Assembly: GCA_030629005.1 (NCBI GenBank)
Contig: DAOVPV010000007.1
Location: 6,356 to 70,355 of the forward strand
Length of the DNA: 64,000 nucleotides
Direction of reading: 5' to 3'
DNA from: a bacterium
Lineage (GTDB): Bacteria > Babelota > Babeliae > Babelales > UASB340
Each line of letters begins with the position of its first letter. The stretch's first letter is position 1. A model generated the notes under the pieces. It saw only the letters and a program-made list of their open reading frames with translations, made no database searches and was not told where the DNA came from. Shown in pieces: positions 10,530 through 22,375 of the stretch. The position numbers were made by a program, and so were the translations under genes.

Positions 10530-11345
10530 CTATTTTCGTCGCTTTAAAATAGCACTACTCTTACGTTTTCTAGTTCTGGTGCCCTTACAACCTTTACCCC
10601 AAGGAGTAACAGGGTGAGATCCAGATTTAGATCGCCCTTCACCACCTCCATGAGGATGATCAACAGGGTTCATCGCCATACCTCTAACCGTAGGACGAAT
10701 GCCTCTATGCCTACTACGTCCAGCTTTTCCAAGCGTAACGTTTTTGTATTCAGCATTAGAAAGTCTACCAACTGTTGCCCAAGAATCAATACAAACCGTT
10801 CTAGTTTCCCCAGAAGGCATTTTCAATATTGCAAGTTTACCTTCTTTACCCAAAAGCTGTATTGCTCCACCAGCACTTCTTGCCAATGTTGCACCCCTAC
10901 CAGGCGCAATTTCAACATTATGAATAAAGAAACCAACAGGTATATTACGCAAAGGAAGGGAATTGCCAACCTTAGCCTCAGCCTTAACACTAGCTAAAAC
11001 AAAATCACCAACATTTAATTCCTCTGGTCTAAGCATGTAACGTTTAGCACCATTTCTATAAACAACCAACGCAATAGAAACGTTTCTGTTTGGATCATAT
11101 TCAAAAGCAACAATCTTACCCAAAACATCTCGAGTCGACCAGCGAAAATCAATCACCCTATATTTTCTTTTAGCACCTCCACCAATATGTCTCGTCGTAA
11201 TTCTTCCATAGGCATTACGACCACCTGTTTTTTTTAATGGAGCTATTAATTTCTTCTCAGGTTTTTTCTTTGTCAAATCTTTATGCGACAAAAACTGTTG
11301 ACCTCTCAAAGATGATGTTATTGGTCTTCTAGTTATAATCGTCAT
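10530..11345 (-). CDS. rplB: 50S ribosomal protein L2
   Basis: GRITTRHIGGG, EYDPNR, RGMAMNPVDHPHGGGEG. Confidence 0.98.
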   Translation of the reverse strand: MTIITRRPITSSLRGQQFLSHKDLTKKKPEKKLIAPLKKTGGRNAYGRITTRHIGGGAKRKYRVIDFRWSTRDVLGKIVAFEYDPNRNVSIALVVYRNGAKRYMLRPEELNVGDFVLASVKAEAKVGNSLPLRNIPVGFFIHNVEIAPGRGATLARSAGGAIQLLGKEGKLAILKMPSGETRTVCIDSWATVGRLSNAEYKNVTLGKAGRSRHRGIRPTVRGMAMNPVDHPHGGGEGRSKSGSHPVTPWGKGCKGTRTRKRKSSAILKRRK

Positions 11346-11346
11346 T

Positions 11347-11697
11347 TTATTTTTCCTCTAGAGGCAACTCTTTTTCTTTTGCAGCAGAATTAACACCCAT
11401 TGTTTCAAAATGACCAGGCAAATCAATAGTGTAACCTTTTTTCAATGTAATAATTGCCTTTTTCTTATCAGGAGAAACAAACGAGCGTCGTCCAAATGAT
11501 TTTGTTTTTCCAGGAACAGCCATAACGCGAACATTATCAACTTTAACATTCCAAATCTTTTCTACCGCTTGCTTAATCATTATTTTATTAGACTCTTTAT
11601 GAACTTCAAAAGTTATTTTTCCATCTTTTTTAAAGACTTCCATGCTTTTGCTCGTCATAATTCTTTTTTTTATGATGTTATAAACATTTAATTCCAT
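11347..11697 (-). CDS. rplW: 50S ribosomal protein L23
   Basis: [31 protein letters not shown]. Confidence 0.95.
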   Translation of the reverse strand: MELNVYNIIKKRIMTSKSMEVFKKDGKITFEVHKESNKIMIKQAVEKIWNVKVDNVRVMAVPGKTKSFGRRSFVSPDKKKAIITLKKGYTIDLPGHFETMGVNSAAKEKELPLEEK

Positions 11698-12332
11698 GCG
11701 CCAACCATCTTTTTAAATAATTCTAAATCTTTTTTAAAGAACAACCAACAGTCACAATTTGCCAAATCAAACGCATTTGGCTGACCATAGTTTACAACAA
11801 ACACATTTGGTATATTTCTGAAAGCCATAAAATTAAACCCATCCTCAAATGGTAAGAATAATACAACTTTTTTATTTTCAAGACCTAAATTCTTTAATAA
11901 AAAAAATGCTTTTTTTGTATTAGGCTTTGCATCACTTAAAATATCAAAGTCAGAACAATATATCCCATTTTCTTTACCCACAAACTCACCTAATATATTA
12001 TTGAAAGCAAGTTTTATTTGTTTTTTATTTATAGACAAGGTTCTTGTTCGCGGCTGAGGCCCAAATGTTACGCCACCTTTTCGCCACAATGGAGAACGAG
12101 CAGAACCAGCTCTTGCACGCCCGGTTCCCTTTTGCTTCCACGGCTTTTTATTAGAAAAAGCAACATCACTTCTTGCCTTTGCAGAAGCTGTGCCTTGACG
12201 CCAATTTAATAATAAAGCCTTTACTGCATAAGAATAAGTTTTTGAACTATTTTCTTTTTGTGTTATTTCAACACCAAGGTCCATCTTTTCTTGCAATTCT
12301 CCAGCAGAATTATAAACATCAATTTTATTCAT
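11688..12332 (-). CDS. rplD: 50S ribosomal protein L4
   Basis: [30 protein letters not shown]. Confidence 0.97.
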   Translation of the reverse strand: MNKIDVYNSAGELQEKMDLGVEITQKENSSKTYSYAVKALLLNWRQGTASAKARSDVAFSNKKPWKQKGTGRARAGSARSPLWRKGGVTFGPQPRTRTLSINKKQIKLAFNNILGEFVGKENGIYCSDFDILSDAKPNTKKAFFLLKNLGLENKKVVLFLPFEDGFNFMAFRNIPNVFVVNYGQPNAFDLANCDCWLFFKKDLELFKKMVGAWN

Positions 12333-12337
12333 AAAAC

Positions 12338-12970
12338 TTATCCTTGCCTGCTAATAAAAACTAGAGACTCTTTTTTACCAGGGATAGCTCCCTTAATAAA
12401 TAAAACATCTCCACTTTTATCTATTTTTACTATTTCCAAATTTTTCACAGTAACGGTTCTAAATCCAGCATGACCAGGCAACTTTGTTCCCTTCAAGACC
12501 TCACCCTCAGACCTCATGTTTCCAATAGAGCCGGGACTTCTATGAAAGCCGGAACCGTGTCCGCTAGGACCACCAGCAAATCCCCAACGCTTTACAACTC
12601 CCTGGAAACCTAAACCCTTACTCTTACTAGTGACTTTAACTTTGTCATTTTCTGAAAGAACTGTATCCTCCAAACCGACTTTTTGACCTAATTTAAGATC
12701 ACCTAAGTTGGCTTCGTCAACACGAACCTCTTTAAAAAAATAACAATAGTTATTTTTATTCTTTACCCAATCGGCACTCAAAGTCTTCGACTCATATCTT
12801 TTCTTTAATAATCCAATCTGCACAGCGCTATAACCATCTACACTTAATGTCTTAACTTGAGTTACAAACCAATTTGCAGCATCAACCACTGTAACAGGAA
12901 GAACATTTCCGTCTTCTGTGAAAATTTGAGTCATTCCAATCTTTTTGCCAAAAAAACTACTTAGCATCAT
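12338..12970 (-). CDS. rplC: 50S ribosomal protein L3
   Basis: [33 protein letters not shown]. Confidence 0.97.
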   Translation of the reverse strand: MMLSSFFGKKIGMTQIFTEDGNVLPVTVVDAANWFVTQVKTLSVDGYSAVQIGLLKKRYESKTLSADWVKNKNNYCYFFKEVRVDEANLGDLKLGQKVGLEDTVLSENDKVKVTSKSKGLGFQGVVKRWGFAGGPSGHGSGFHRSPGSIGNMRSEGEVLKGTKLPGHAGFRTVTVKNLEIVKIDKSGDVLFIKGAIPGKKESLVFISRQG

Positions 12971-12990
12971 ACAGCCTCTTGTTCTAAATC

Positions 12991-13296
12991 TTACTTAATT
13001 TCGACATCAACACCAGCAGAAATGTTTAATTTCATTAATGCATCCATTGTTTGCTCAGATGGTGATATTATGTCCAAAATACGCTTATGCGTTGTTAACT
13101 CAAACTGTTCTCTCGACTTTTTATCAACATGAGGAGATCTTAAAACAGTAAAGCACTGCCTCCTATTAGGAAGAGGAACCGGTCCCAATAACTGGGAACC
13201 CGTTCTTTTTACAGTCAACACTATTTGTTTAACAGCACTATCCAATAAACGATGATCATAAGACTTTAATGTCAAACGTATTTTCTGTTTTTTCAT
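12991..13296 (-). CDS. rpsJ: 30S ribosomal protein S10
   Basis: [34 protein letters not shown]. Confidence 0.98.
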   Translation of the reverse strand: MKKQKIRLTLKSYDHRLLDSAVKQIVLTVKRTGSQLLGPVPLPNRRQCFTVLRSPHVDKKSREQFELTTHKRILDIISPSEQTMDALMKLNISAGVDVEIK

Positions 13297-13313
13297 CAAC
13301 AAACTCAAAATTT

Positions 13314-14504
13314 TTATTCTATAATTTCAGTAACAATACCAGCACCAACAGTTCTTCCGCCTTCACGCACTGCAAATTTTAGCTCTTTATCCATAGCTAC
13401 TTTACTTACAAGCTCAACGGATACTTCAACTTCATCTCCAGGCATAACCATCTCACGACCTTCAGGAAGTGTAATAGTACCTGTAACATCTGTTGTTCTA
13501 AAATAAAACTGAGGCCTGTAACCATTGAAGAACGGAGTATGTCTTCCTCCTTCATCTTTCTTCAATGTAACAATTTTTGCTTTAAATTTTCTGTGTGGCG
13601 TAATAGAACCAACTTTTGCAACAACCTGACCACGTTCAATATCTTCTTTCTTGATACCACGAAGCAATATACCAACGTTATCACCAGGCTGAGCATCTTT
13701 TAATTCTTTATTAAACATTTCAATGCCAGTAATTGCAGTTTTAACAGTATCTCTAAAACCAATAATTTCAACTTCTTCACCAAGAACGACAACACCTCTT
13801 TCTACACGACCCGTAGCAACAGTTCCCCTTCCTGAAATAGAAAAAACATCTTCTATTGGCATTAAGAAAGGTTTTTCTGTATCTCTTTGTGGTGTTGGAA
13901 TGTAACTATCTACAGCATCCATCAACTTTTGAATTGATTGTGTCCCTATTTCAGATTGGTCATCCTCTAAAACTTTTAATGCGGAACCCCTAATGATAGG
14001 AATCGCATCTCCAGGAAAACCATATTGAGATAGAAGATCTCTTACTTCTTCTTCAACAAGCTCAATAAGACCTTCATCATCAACCATATCAACTTTATTC
14101 AAATAAACCACAATAGCAGGAACACCAACCTGTCTAGCCAAAACAATATGCTCTCTCGTTTGAGGCATAGGACCATCAGTTGCAGAAACAACCAATATAG
14201 CACCATCCATTTGAGCAGCACCGGTAATCATGTTTTTTACATAGTCCGCGTGACCGGGACAGTCAACGTGAGCATAGTGCCTTTTGTCTGTTTCATATTC
14301 AACGTGAGACACCGCTATGGTTATACCTCTTGCTCTTTCTTCCGGAGCATTATCAATTTGATCAAATGCTTTAAACTCAGCACCACCCTTTGAAGCCAAA
14401 TATTTTGTTATCGCAGCTGTCAAAGTTGTCTTACCGTGATCAACGTGACCAATTGTACCTATATTACAATGTGGTTTTGTTCTTTTAAATACGCCTTTTG
14501 CCAT
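13314..14504 (-). CDS. tuf: Elongation factor Tu
   Basis: [40 protein letters not shown]. Confidence 0.99.
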   Translation of the reverse strand: MAKGVFKRTKPHCNIGTIGHVDHGKTTLTAAITKYLASKGGAEFKAFDQIDNAPEERARGITIAVSHVEYETDKRHYAHVDCPGHADYVKNMITGAAQMDGAILVVSATDGPMPQTREHIVLARQVGVPAIVVYLNKVDMVDDEGLIELVEEEVRDLLSQYGFPGDAIPIIRGSALKVLEDDQSEIGTQSIQKLMDAVDSYIPTPQRDTEKPFLMPIEDVFSISGRGTVATGRVERGVVVLGEEVEIIGFRDTVKTAITGIEMFNKELKDAQPGDNVGILLRGIKKEDIERGQVVAKVGSITPHRKFKAKIVTLKKDEGGRHTPFFNGYRPQFYFRTTDVTGTITLPEGREMVMPGDEVEVSVELVSKVAMDKELKFAVREGGRTVGAGIVTEIIE

Positions 14505-14547
14505 TTTTGTATATCCTTCTTGTGTATACAAATAAAACTATCAACAA

Positions 14548-16620
14548 TTATTTATTACCTACTATTTCATCCTGAACATTTCGAGGAACTTCTTTATAAG
14601 CCTCAAACTCCATAGACGAACTAGCACGACCCTTTGTCATAGAACGCAAATCAGTGGTATACCCAAACATTTCAGCCAAAGGAACTTCAGCTGCTATAAT
14701 TTGAACACCTTTTCGTTCTTCCATTCCCAGAATTCTTCCTCTTCTGGAATTCAAATCACCCATCACATCACCCATATACTCTTCTGGAGTAACAACCTCA
14801 ATCTTGAAAATTGGTTCCAAAACAACGGGTGACGCGTTTTTTGTAGCCTCTTTAAATGCCATAGCAGCCGCAATCTTAAAGGCTATTTCGGAGGAGTCCA
14901 CATCATGATAAGAACCATCAAAGACTTCTACCTTAATGTCCTCAACCGGAAAACCTCCCAAAATACCACTAGCCAAAGATTCATTCACACCTTTTTCTAT
15001 GCCAGGAATATATTCACGAGGAATCGAACCTCCAACAATCTTATTAACAAACTCAAAACCAGCTCCACGCTCCAACGGCTCAACATTCAACCAAACATCA
15101 CCGTATTGACCTCGTCCACCGGACTGACGAATAAATTTACCCTGAGCCTCTGCCTTAGCCTGTATTGTTTCTTTAAATGCAACCTGAGGCTTACCAACAT
15201 TAGCTTCAACTTTATGTTCTCTCAACAACCTATCAACAATTATTTCTAGGTGCAATTCTCCCATTCCAGAGATAACAGTCTGACCGGTTTCCTTATTAAA
15301 TGTAAATCTAAAAGAAGGGTCCTCTTGCATCAACTTTCTTAATGCTATTGTCATTTTTTCGTAATCACCCTTACCTCTTGGCTCAATAGCTACACTAACA
15401 ACTGGAGCCGGGAAATCAATTGACTCTAATAATATCGGATGCGCTTCATCGCAAAAAGTATCACCCGTTGTAACATCTTTTACACCAACAACAGCAACAA
15501 TATCACCCGCAGAAACAGATGCAACTTCTTCTCGCTTATTAGCATGCATTTTTACCAAACGGCTAACTCGCTCTCTTTTACCCTTAGATGAATTATAAAC
15601 ATATGAACCCGCATCAAGCTTACCCGAATATATTCTAGTAAATGTCAACGAACCAACAAAAGGATCCGTCATAATCTTAAATGCTAAAGCACTAAAAGGA
15701 GCACTCGCATCTGAATGGCGAACTTCTTTTTCATTAGTATCGGGATTAACACCTTCTATAGGAGGAACATCCAATGGAGACGGCATATAATCAACAACAG
15801 CATCCAGCAATAACTGGACACCCTTGTTTTTAAATGCAGCACCACAAAAAACAGGAGTCACCTTCTGTTGCAAAACGCCCGCCCTAATAGCAGTCTTAAT
15901 CCTATCCTGAGAAACCTCTTTCCCATCTAAATAATCTTCCGCAAGCTGATCGTCAAAATCACAAGCCCTCTCAACAAGTTGCTCTCTAAGTGTCTCAGCC
16001 TTTGACTTATATTCCTCAGGAATCTCACCCCAAGCAACCTTTGACCCTTTAGCATCTTCATCAAAGGTAGCCATCTTCATAGTAAGAAGATCTATTATTC
16101 CATAAAAATTTTCAGACTGCCCAACAGGAATCTGCATAGCAATAGAATTACCATGCAACTTTGTATTGACCTCCTCAACCACAGCAAAATAATCTGCTCC
16201 AACCCTATCTAGCTTGTTAACAAAAGCCATTCTAGGAACCTTATACCTATCAGCCTGTCGCCAAACAGTTTCTGATTGAGGTTCTACACCTCCAACAGCG
16301 CAAAACACCGCAACAGTACCATCTAAAACACGCAAAGATCTTTCTACTTCCACAGTAAAATCAACGTGCCCAGGAGTATCAATTATATTAACCCGATGGT
16401 CCTTCCAAAAACAAGTTGTCGCAGCAGAAGTAATAGTAATACCACGCTCTTGCTCTTGTTCCATCCAATCCATTGTAGCTTCACCCTCGTGAACCTCACC
16501 AATTTTATGAGAAACACCTGTATAAAAAAGCACACGCTCCGTAACAGTAGTCTTACCTGCATCTATGTGCGCCATAATACCAATATTTCTATATTTTTTT
16601 AAATCAACCTTATTGCTCAT
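14548..16620 (-). CDS. fusA: Elongation factor G
   Basis: [37 protein letters not shown]. Confidence 0.99.
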   Translation of the reverse strand: MSNKVDLKKYRNIGIMAHIDAGKTTVTERVLFYTGVSHKIGEVHEGEATMDWMEQEQERGITITSAATTCFWKDHRVNIIDTPGHVDFTVEVERSLRVLDGTVAVFCAVGGVEPQSETVWRQADRYKVPRMAFVNKLDRVGADYFAVVEEVNTKLHGNSIAMQIPVGQSENFYGIIDLLTMKMATFDEDAKGSKVAWGEIPEEYKSKAETLREQLVERACDFDDQLAEDYLDGKEVSQDRIKTAIRAGVLQQKVTPVFCGAAFKNKGVQLLLDAVVDYMPSPLDVPPIEGVNPDTNEKEVRHSDASAPFSALAFKIMTDPFVGSLTFTRIYSGKLDAGSYVYNSSKGKRERVSRLVKMHANKREEVASVSAGDIVAVVGVKDVTTGDTFCDEAHPILLESIDFPAPVVSVAIEPRGKGDYEKMTIALRKLMQEDPSFRFTFNKETGQTVISGMGELHLEIIVDRLLREHKVEANVGKPQVAFKETIQAKAEAQGKFIRQSGGRGQYGDVWLNVEPLERGAGFEFVNKIVGGSIPREYIPGIEKGVNESLASGILGGFPVEDIKVEVFDGSYHDVDSSEIAFKIAAAMAFKEATKNASPVVLEPIFKIEVVTPEEYMGDVMGDLNSRRGRILGMEERKGVQIIAAEVPLAEMFGYTTDLRSMTKGRASSSMEFEAYKEVPRNVQDEIVGNK

Positions 16621-16635
16621 AATCCCTTAACCTTT

Positions 16636-17115
16636 TTACCAAGCATAATGAGAGAACGCTCTATTGGCTTCTGCCATTCTATGAACATCCGACTTCTTTT
16701 TAAACGCATTGCCTCGCCCCTGGGATGCATCAAATATTTCACTAGCTAAACGCAAACCCATTGTTTTATCAGAACGAGAAGCTGCCGAAGAAATCAACCA
16801 ACGCAAAGCCAAAGCCAAGGCTCTTCTTGGACGCACTTCAATTGGAATCTGATAAACACCACCACCAACACGTCTGGACTTAACCTCAACAGCAGGTTTA
16901 ATTTGTGATATAGCCTTTTCAAATGCCGCATAAGCCTTATCTTCACCGCCAGCCTTATCAGCCAAAACATCAAAAGCATCATAAACAATCGAACGCGCAC
17001 AATCCTTCTTGCCTCGCTCCATAATCATGTTAATCAACTTCTGAACTATAAATGAATTATATCTAATATCAGTTCCAATGTCCCTGATAGCATTAACCGC
17101 TTTACGTCTAGGCAT
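16636..17115 (-). CDS. rpsG: 30S ribosomal protein S7
   Basis: EVKSRRVGGGVYQIP, HRMAEANRAFSHYAW. Confidence 0.98.
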   Translation of the reverse strand: MPRRKAVNAIRDIGTDIRYNSFIVQKLINMIMERGKKDCARSIVYDAFDVLADKAGGEDKAYAAFEKAISQIKPAVEVKSRRVGGGVYQIPIEVRPRRALALALRWLISSAASRSDKTMGLRLASEIFDASQGRGNAFKKKSDVHRMAEANRAFSHYAW

Positions 17116-17495
17116 TATACGCCACCTTTCTTACGCTTAGTACCATAAAGAGACCGTGACTGCCCTCTATCTGCAACACCCTGCGTATCTAATACACCAC
17201 GAACTATGTGATATTTTACACCTGGTAAATCTTTAACTTTACCTCCACGAATCAAAACAACCGAGTGTTCTTGAAGGTTATGGCCTTCCCCAGGAATGTA
17301 GGCAGACACCTCTTTCCCTGTAGACAATTTAACACGAGCAACTTTTCTAAGCGCTGAGTTTGGCTTTTTTGGAGTTACAGTATAAACACGAACACAAACG
17401 CCTCTTTTCTGCGGACAACCGTTTAGAGCTGGCGATTTAGTTTTGGATTTCGTAGCACTTCGTTTTGAACGAACTAGCTGATTAATTGTTGGCAT
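17115..17495 (-). CDS. rpsL: 30S ribosomal protein S12
   Basis: [31 protein letters not shown]. Confidence 0.99.
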   Translation of the reverse strand: MPTINQLVRSKRSATKSKTKSPALNGCPQKRGVCVRVYTVTPKKPNSALRKVARVKLSTGKEVSAYIPGEGHNLQEHSVVLIRGGKVKDLPGVKYHIVRGVLDTQGVADRGQSRSLYGTKRKKGGV

Positions 17496-17815
17496 ACAAT
17501 CTTTCCTACAATATATCAATACGGTTAATAAATTAATAAAAAACTTATCTATAAACAAACAACTAGCTCATATTCCGGAGAACACAAATTTTAGTTTTTT
17601 CTAAAATTTTACTTACTTTAACAAGAAAATAAGGATGTTAAATGTTCAATAATGAACTAATGGTATGATTCATTTTATCTTTTATTTAATTTTTTTCAAG
17701 TAAAAACTGTAAAAAAAATAGTCTTTTTTTTCTGTAATATATATACTTAACTCAAAAGCGTTTCAATATGCATCATAAAACGTATGACAATAAATAATAA
17801 TTAAAGGATGAAATC

Positions 17816-18949
17816 ATGACAATGAATAGTTTGGTTGTAGTATTTTCTACAAAACTTATCCCATTTATTTATGCCCTAGTCGGGTTTGGTTTACTTATAA
17901 CAATTCATGAATTCGGTCACTTTATATTCTGTAAAGTCTTTAAAATACACACCCCAACATTCTCCATAGGCATGGGACCAAAAATTTTTGAACGAAAAAT
18001 AGGACAAACAAATTTTAGATTATCAGCAATACCAATTGGTGGGTATGTAGAGATTGCCGGACTTTCTGAAGTTGGACAAGGGGAACAAGGACATGCAAAC
18101 CTCAAAGGGGAAGAATCTTTTGCAAAAAAGCCCTATTGGCAAAAATTCTTCGTGCTCTGTGGAGGCGTACTATTTAACCTTTTATTCGCCTATATTGTTT
18201 ATTCTGCCTTATTTTTTGTAGGCATCCCAAAAACATCTATGCGAATATTCATATCAGAAAAAAAGGATTTCGCATCTTTAACAAAAAACTTTAACATGCA
18301 ACCCGGCGATGAAATAATAGCTATAAACAATAAAGCTCTAGGCACAGAGGGAACTTCTGTAATATTAAATATAAAAAAAGAATTAGTCGGCCCATTAAAA
18401 AAAGGACGAGAAACTCCAATTTCTATCCAAGTAAAACGAAACAATGAAACCGTAGACCTATCTCTAGATATTTCCAATAAGGAAAATAACCTAAAATTAC
18501 TACAATTATTAACACCAAAAACAGATGTGATTCCAGGTAAATTCGAAAAATACTCCTTTTTTAAAGCAATAGTAAAGGGTATCGATGCAACAAACAATAT
18601 AATAAAGCAAATGGTCTTAGCAATTATTTACCTTATAAAAGAAAAAAGTTTGAGCGGTGCCGGTGGACCAATTATGATACTTTCCAAAACTTTTGAAACT
18701 GCTCAAAAAGGAATCATTCCATTATTATTATTCTTGGCTTTTATAAGTATAAACTTAGCTATAATTAACATACTTCCACTAGGAGCCCTTGATGGTGGGC
18801 AATTATTATTTGTATCAATAGAAGCAATTATAAGACGAGAAATTCCAGCAATTATAAAAAATTCTATTAATATAGCATCTTGGATTGCCCTCATAAGCTT
18901 AATTTTATATTTAGGTTATAAGGATATTTTAAATATTTTTATAAAATAG
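17816..18949 (+). CDS. rseP: RseP-like M50 intramembrane metalloprotease with PDZ domain
   Basis: HEFGH, FSIGMGP, IPIGGYV, NILPLGALDGG. Confidence 0.92.
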   Translation: MTMNSLVVVFSTKLIPFIYALVGFGLLITIHEFGHFIFCKVFKIHTPTFSIGMGPKIFERKIGQTNFRLSAIPIGGYVEIAGLSEVGQGEQGHANLKGEESFAKKPYWQKFFVLCGGVLFNLLFAYIVYSALFFVGIPKTSMRIFISEKKDFASLTKNFNMQPGDEIIAINNKALGTEGTSVILNIKKELVGPLKKGRETPISIQVKRNNETVDLSLDISNKENNLKLLQLLTPKTDVIPGKFEKYSFFKAIVKGIDATNNIIKQMVLAIIYLIKEKSLSGAGGPIMILSKTFETAQKGIIPLLLFLAFISINLAIINILPLGALDGGQLLFVSIEAIIRREIPAIIKNSINIASWIALISLILYLGYKDILNIFIK

Positions 18950-18972
18950 AATTAAAGAGCACTCTTACGTTT

Positions 18973-19845
18973 CTATTTAATTTGAATCCAATTTTCAGGA
19001 TTTTTTATATAATCAAGAATAACAAGTCTGTTAAAGCTATGCCCCGTTTTTTTAGCAGTAATCGTGCCGGCTAAATTCTTACCCAATAATCCTAAATCCC
19101 CAATTAAATCTAACAATTTGTGCCTCACAAACTCATCTTCAAACCGAGGAGTATTTAAAAACTCATCTTCCCCAACAACGACAGTATTGCCAAGAGAACT
19201 ACCTTTTGCCAATCCATTTCTTCTTAAAAAAGCCAACTGCTCCAAAAAACCAAATGTTCTAGCTGCAGCAATTTCATTTATAAAATAATCAGTAGTCAAA
19301 CTCCCTCGCAAAGAACCCTTTCCAACCAATGGATGTTCAAACTCTGCGATGTAATTAAAATATAAAGAACAATCAAATGTATTATCTTCTTTATTAGCGG
19401 CAGGTGCAACAATAATTTCTCTATCCAATTTCAAATCATTAAAACGTAACTCTTTTACTGGCGTTAAAAATATTTTATCTACAGAACACTCTTTTATCCC
19501 AGCCTTTTTTATTAAATTAACAAAAGTGCTACAACTTCCATCCAAAATAGGAACTTCTAAACTCTCCATCTCTATAATGATATTATCAACTCGAAAAGCA
19601 CTTAAAGCAGCTATTAAATGCTCAATTGTACTTACTATAAAAGACTTTGATTTCAAAACAGAAGCATGCAACGCAATTTCAGGAACAACTTCACCCAATC
19701 TTATACTTTCTTCAGGAAAATTCGGATTTTTAAAAACAATCCCATGATCAACACCTGCTGGAAGTAATATAACCGTTGACTTTAAACCAGTATGAACACC
19801 TATACCATCAAAAACTATTTTTTCATTTATCGTTCTTTGAAGCAT
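18973..19845 (-). CDS. lpxC: UDP-3-O-acyl-N-acetylglucosamine deacetylase
   Basis: GIGVHTG, STIEHLIAAL, PILDGS, ARTFGF, HKLLDLIGDL, GH. Confidence 0.95.
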   Translation of the reverse strand: MLQRTINEKIVFDGIGVHTGLKSTVILLPAGVDHGIVFKNPNFPEESIRLGEVVPEIALHASVLKSKSFIVSTIEHLIAALSAFRVDNIIIEMESLEVPILDGSCSTFVNLIKKAGIKECSVDKIFLTPVKELRFNDLKLDREIIVAPAANKEDNTFDCSLYFNYIAEFEHPLVGKGSLRGSLTTDYFINEIAAARTFGFLEQLAFLRRNGLAKGSSLGNTVVVGEDEFLNTPRFEDEFVRHKLLDLIGDLGLLGKNLAGTITAKKTGHSFNRLVILDYIKNPENWIQIK

Positions 19846-19860
19846 TACAAAAATCCTAAT

Positions 19861-19895
19861 AAAAAAAAGCAGGATGATTTTAAACACCCTGCTTT
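19861..19895 (-). terminator. Putative intrinsic terminator after rplM
   Basis: AAAGCAGG...CCTGCTTT stem followed by a T run on the minus strand. Confidence 0.6.
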
Positions 19896-19920
19896 AATTT
19901 TTAAATTTGTTAATACAAAA

Positions 19921-20358
19921 CTATTCCGGTTTAAAACCTGCTAATTGTGCAGCATGAGGATGTTGATCCCCTACATAAACTTTTAATTTTTTGAATATCC
20001 TGCTATTTAACTTATTTTTAGGTAACATTCTCTTAACTGCAAGCTCTATTATCTTTTCTGGCTTACGTTTAAGCATATCTTTTGCTTTAATTTCTTTTAA
20101 CCCACTTCTCCAACCAGAGAAAAAAGGATAAACCTTATTTTCTAATTTATTACCAGTCAAAACAATTTTTTCACAATTAATAACAACAACATAATCTCCA
20201 CCATCTGCATGAGGAGTATATGTTACTTTATCTTTACCCCTTAATGTATCTGCAATCTGTGTTGCCAACCGACCCAAAACCCTGCCTGAAGCATCTATAA
20301 TATGCCATTTTGGAGCTGAAGTTTCTTTTGTTACAAAATATGCTTTATTCATATCCAT
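19921..20358 (-). CDS. rplM: 50S ribosomal protein L13
   Basis: WHIIDA.G.VLGRLA, YTPHADGGD, MLPKN, HPHAAQ. Confidence 0.98.
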   Translation of the reverse strand: MDMNKAYFVTKETSAPKWHIIDASGRVLGRLATQIADTLRGKDKVTYTPHADGGDYVVVINCEKIVLTGNKLENKVYPFFSGWRSGLKEIKAKDMLKRKPEKIIELAVKRMLPKNKLNSRIFKKLKVYVGDQHPHAAQLAGFKPE

Positions 20359-20495
20359 GATTATACAACCCTTTTGATGCCATTCTAAAACTATTTCAGA
20401 ATATAATAAATAATATTAAAATCATTATAATTTACAGTTCAATCTCTAATTTCCAACGAATTCAGAGTTTAAAATAAAAAAACAATACGGTCAAA

Positions 20496-22145
20496 TTATA
20501 TTTGCTCTTTTGCTCTTTTTATAAATTCTTTAAAAAGCGGATGAGATTTTAAAAACTTAGACAAGTATTCAGGGTGAAATTGCGTACCAATCATAAAAGG
20601 ATGATCTTTTATCTCTGAAATTTCTACCAAGTTCTCTTTTTTATAAATGCCTGAAAAAACCATGCCCTTTTTTTCAAATTGTTTTTTATAGAAATTATTA
20701 AATTCATAACGATGCCTATGTCGCTCAAAGATTTCTGATTTACCATAAATTTTCCCAACTTTAGAATCTTTTAACAATGAACATTTATAAACACCAAGAC
20801 GCATCGTCCCACCCTTTTTATCTATACTTTTTTGTTCTTCAATTAAACCAATTACAGGATATCTGGTTTTCTTATTAAATTCTGTACTTGTTGCCGTTTT
20901 TAAGTCAAGAATAGAACGTGCAAATTCAATAATCATAATCTGCATACCTAAACAAATACCCAAATATGGTAAATTATTTTTTCTTGCATATCTAGCTGCA
21001 ACTATTTTGCCTTCAACCCCACGACTATCAAATCCTCCGGGAACAAGTATTCCATGCACACCAGCAAAGAATTTTTTAATACTAAGAGCTGTCATTTTCT
21101 CAAGCTTCTCAGCCTCAACAACTTCTATATTAACGTTCACGTTATTTGAATTACCAGCAGACATTAAAGCATTAATTATACTTATATAAGGATCATTACT
21201 TCCTACATATTTAGCAACAAGTGCAATATTAACAATATCCTTTTTAGAACTCATAGTCTTTATTAACTTTTTCCACTCCAATAATTTTGCCTTTTTTGGT
21301 TTTTGGATTCCAAACCACTTTTGAATTCTAAAGTTAACATCTTGTTCGTCTAAATCTAGAAATATTTCAGGAATTAACTTTACAGTCAATGCATCAAAAA
21401 TCAAATCTCTATTAATACCACAACCAACAAACAACTTATTCTTTATTTTATCTGTAGTTTTATAATCAGTTCGCAAAAATAAAGCATCGGGGGCCAACCC
21501 CATTCTCCTTAAAGAATAAATACTATGTTGGGTAGGCTTAGTTTTTATCTCATGAGCCCACTTTAAATATGGAACTAAACTTAAATGAGCTAGCATCAAA
21601 CGTTGGTTACCCAAATCAATTTTAACTTGTCGAACCGCTTCTAAAAAAATGCCTATCTCCATATCACCGATTGTGCCACCAATTTCTACCAAAACAAAAT
21701 CTACATCCTTTTTTATAGAAAAGTTATACAACCTTCTTTTTATTGCATTAACAACATCAGGAACCATCTGAATATCTTTCCCCAGATACTTACCCTCCCT
21801 TTCTCCATCTAAAACTTCTTGATATATCTGGCCAGAGGAAACTGACGATTCTTTTGTTAATCTAATATCCAAAATACGTTCATAGTGACCTAAATCTAAA
21901 TCCGTTTCAGCTCCATCATCTGTTACAAAAACTTCCCCATGAACTAACGGCGACATTGTTCCTGGGTCAACATTTAAATATGGATCCCATTTAATAACAG
22001 AAACAGAATATCCTGATTTTTTTAATAAAACACCAATCGCTGAAACAAGAATTCCTTTACCCAAGGAAGAACAAACCCCTCCTGTGACCACAATAAACTT
22101 TGTTTTTTGTTTTTTTACTTTTTCTATAAGCGTTAAAATCTCCAT
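20496..22145 (-). CDS. pyrG: CTP synthase
   Basis: VTGGVCSSLGKG, DPYLNVDPGTMSP, GICLGMQ, ERHRHRYE, QFHPE. Confidence 0.98.
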   Translation of the reverse strand: MEILTLIEKVKKQKTKFIVVTGGVCSSLGKGILVSAIGVLLKKSGYSVSVIKWDPYLNVDPGTMSPLVHGEVFVTDDGAETDLDLGHYERILDIRLTKESSVSSGQIYQEVLDGEREGKYLGKDIQMVPDVVNAIKRRLYNFSIKKDVDFVLVEIGGTIGDMEIGIFLEAVRQVKIDLGNQRLMLAHLSLVPYLKWAHEIKTKPTQHSIYSLRRMGLAPDALFLRTDYKTTDKIKNKLFVGCGINRDLIFDALTVKLIPEIFLDLDEQDVNFRIQKWFGIQKPKKAKLLEWKKLIKTMSSKKDIVNIALVAKYVGSNDPYISIINALMSAGNSNNVNVNIEVVEAEKLEKMTALSIKKFFAGVHGILVPGGFDSRGVEGKIVAARYARKNNLPYLGICLGMQIMIIEFARSILDLKTATSTEFNKKTRYPVIGLIEEQKSIDKKGGTMRLGVYKCSLLKDSKVGKIYGKSEIFERHRHRYEFNNFYKKQFEKKGMVFSGIYKKENLVEISEIKDHPFMIGTQFHPEYLSKFLKSHPLFKEFIKRAKEQI

Positions 22146-22375
22146 GACTCTCCCAAAGATTATAATTCATTTTAATTATATTCATTTCAAAATAAAAATA
22201 GATTATACAATTTGTTTTACAAGATTATTTGAATAAAGTGAACTATATAAAATAATAAATCATTTAAATTACCAAGCTATTAGTTTTTAAATTCTAAATT
22301 ATTCATCTTTTTCTTACAAATATAATATTTTTAAAATAAATAATATTTCTATTACTCTAAATATGGAGATTTTGT

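Noticed and set aside
17574-17586. TCCGGAGAACACA upstream of rpsL, and GGAACATTTAA at 57310
   Set aside because: Too short or degenerate to count as element copies.
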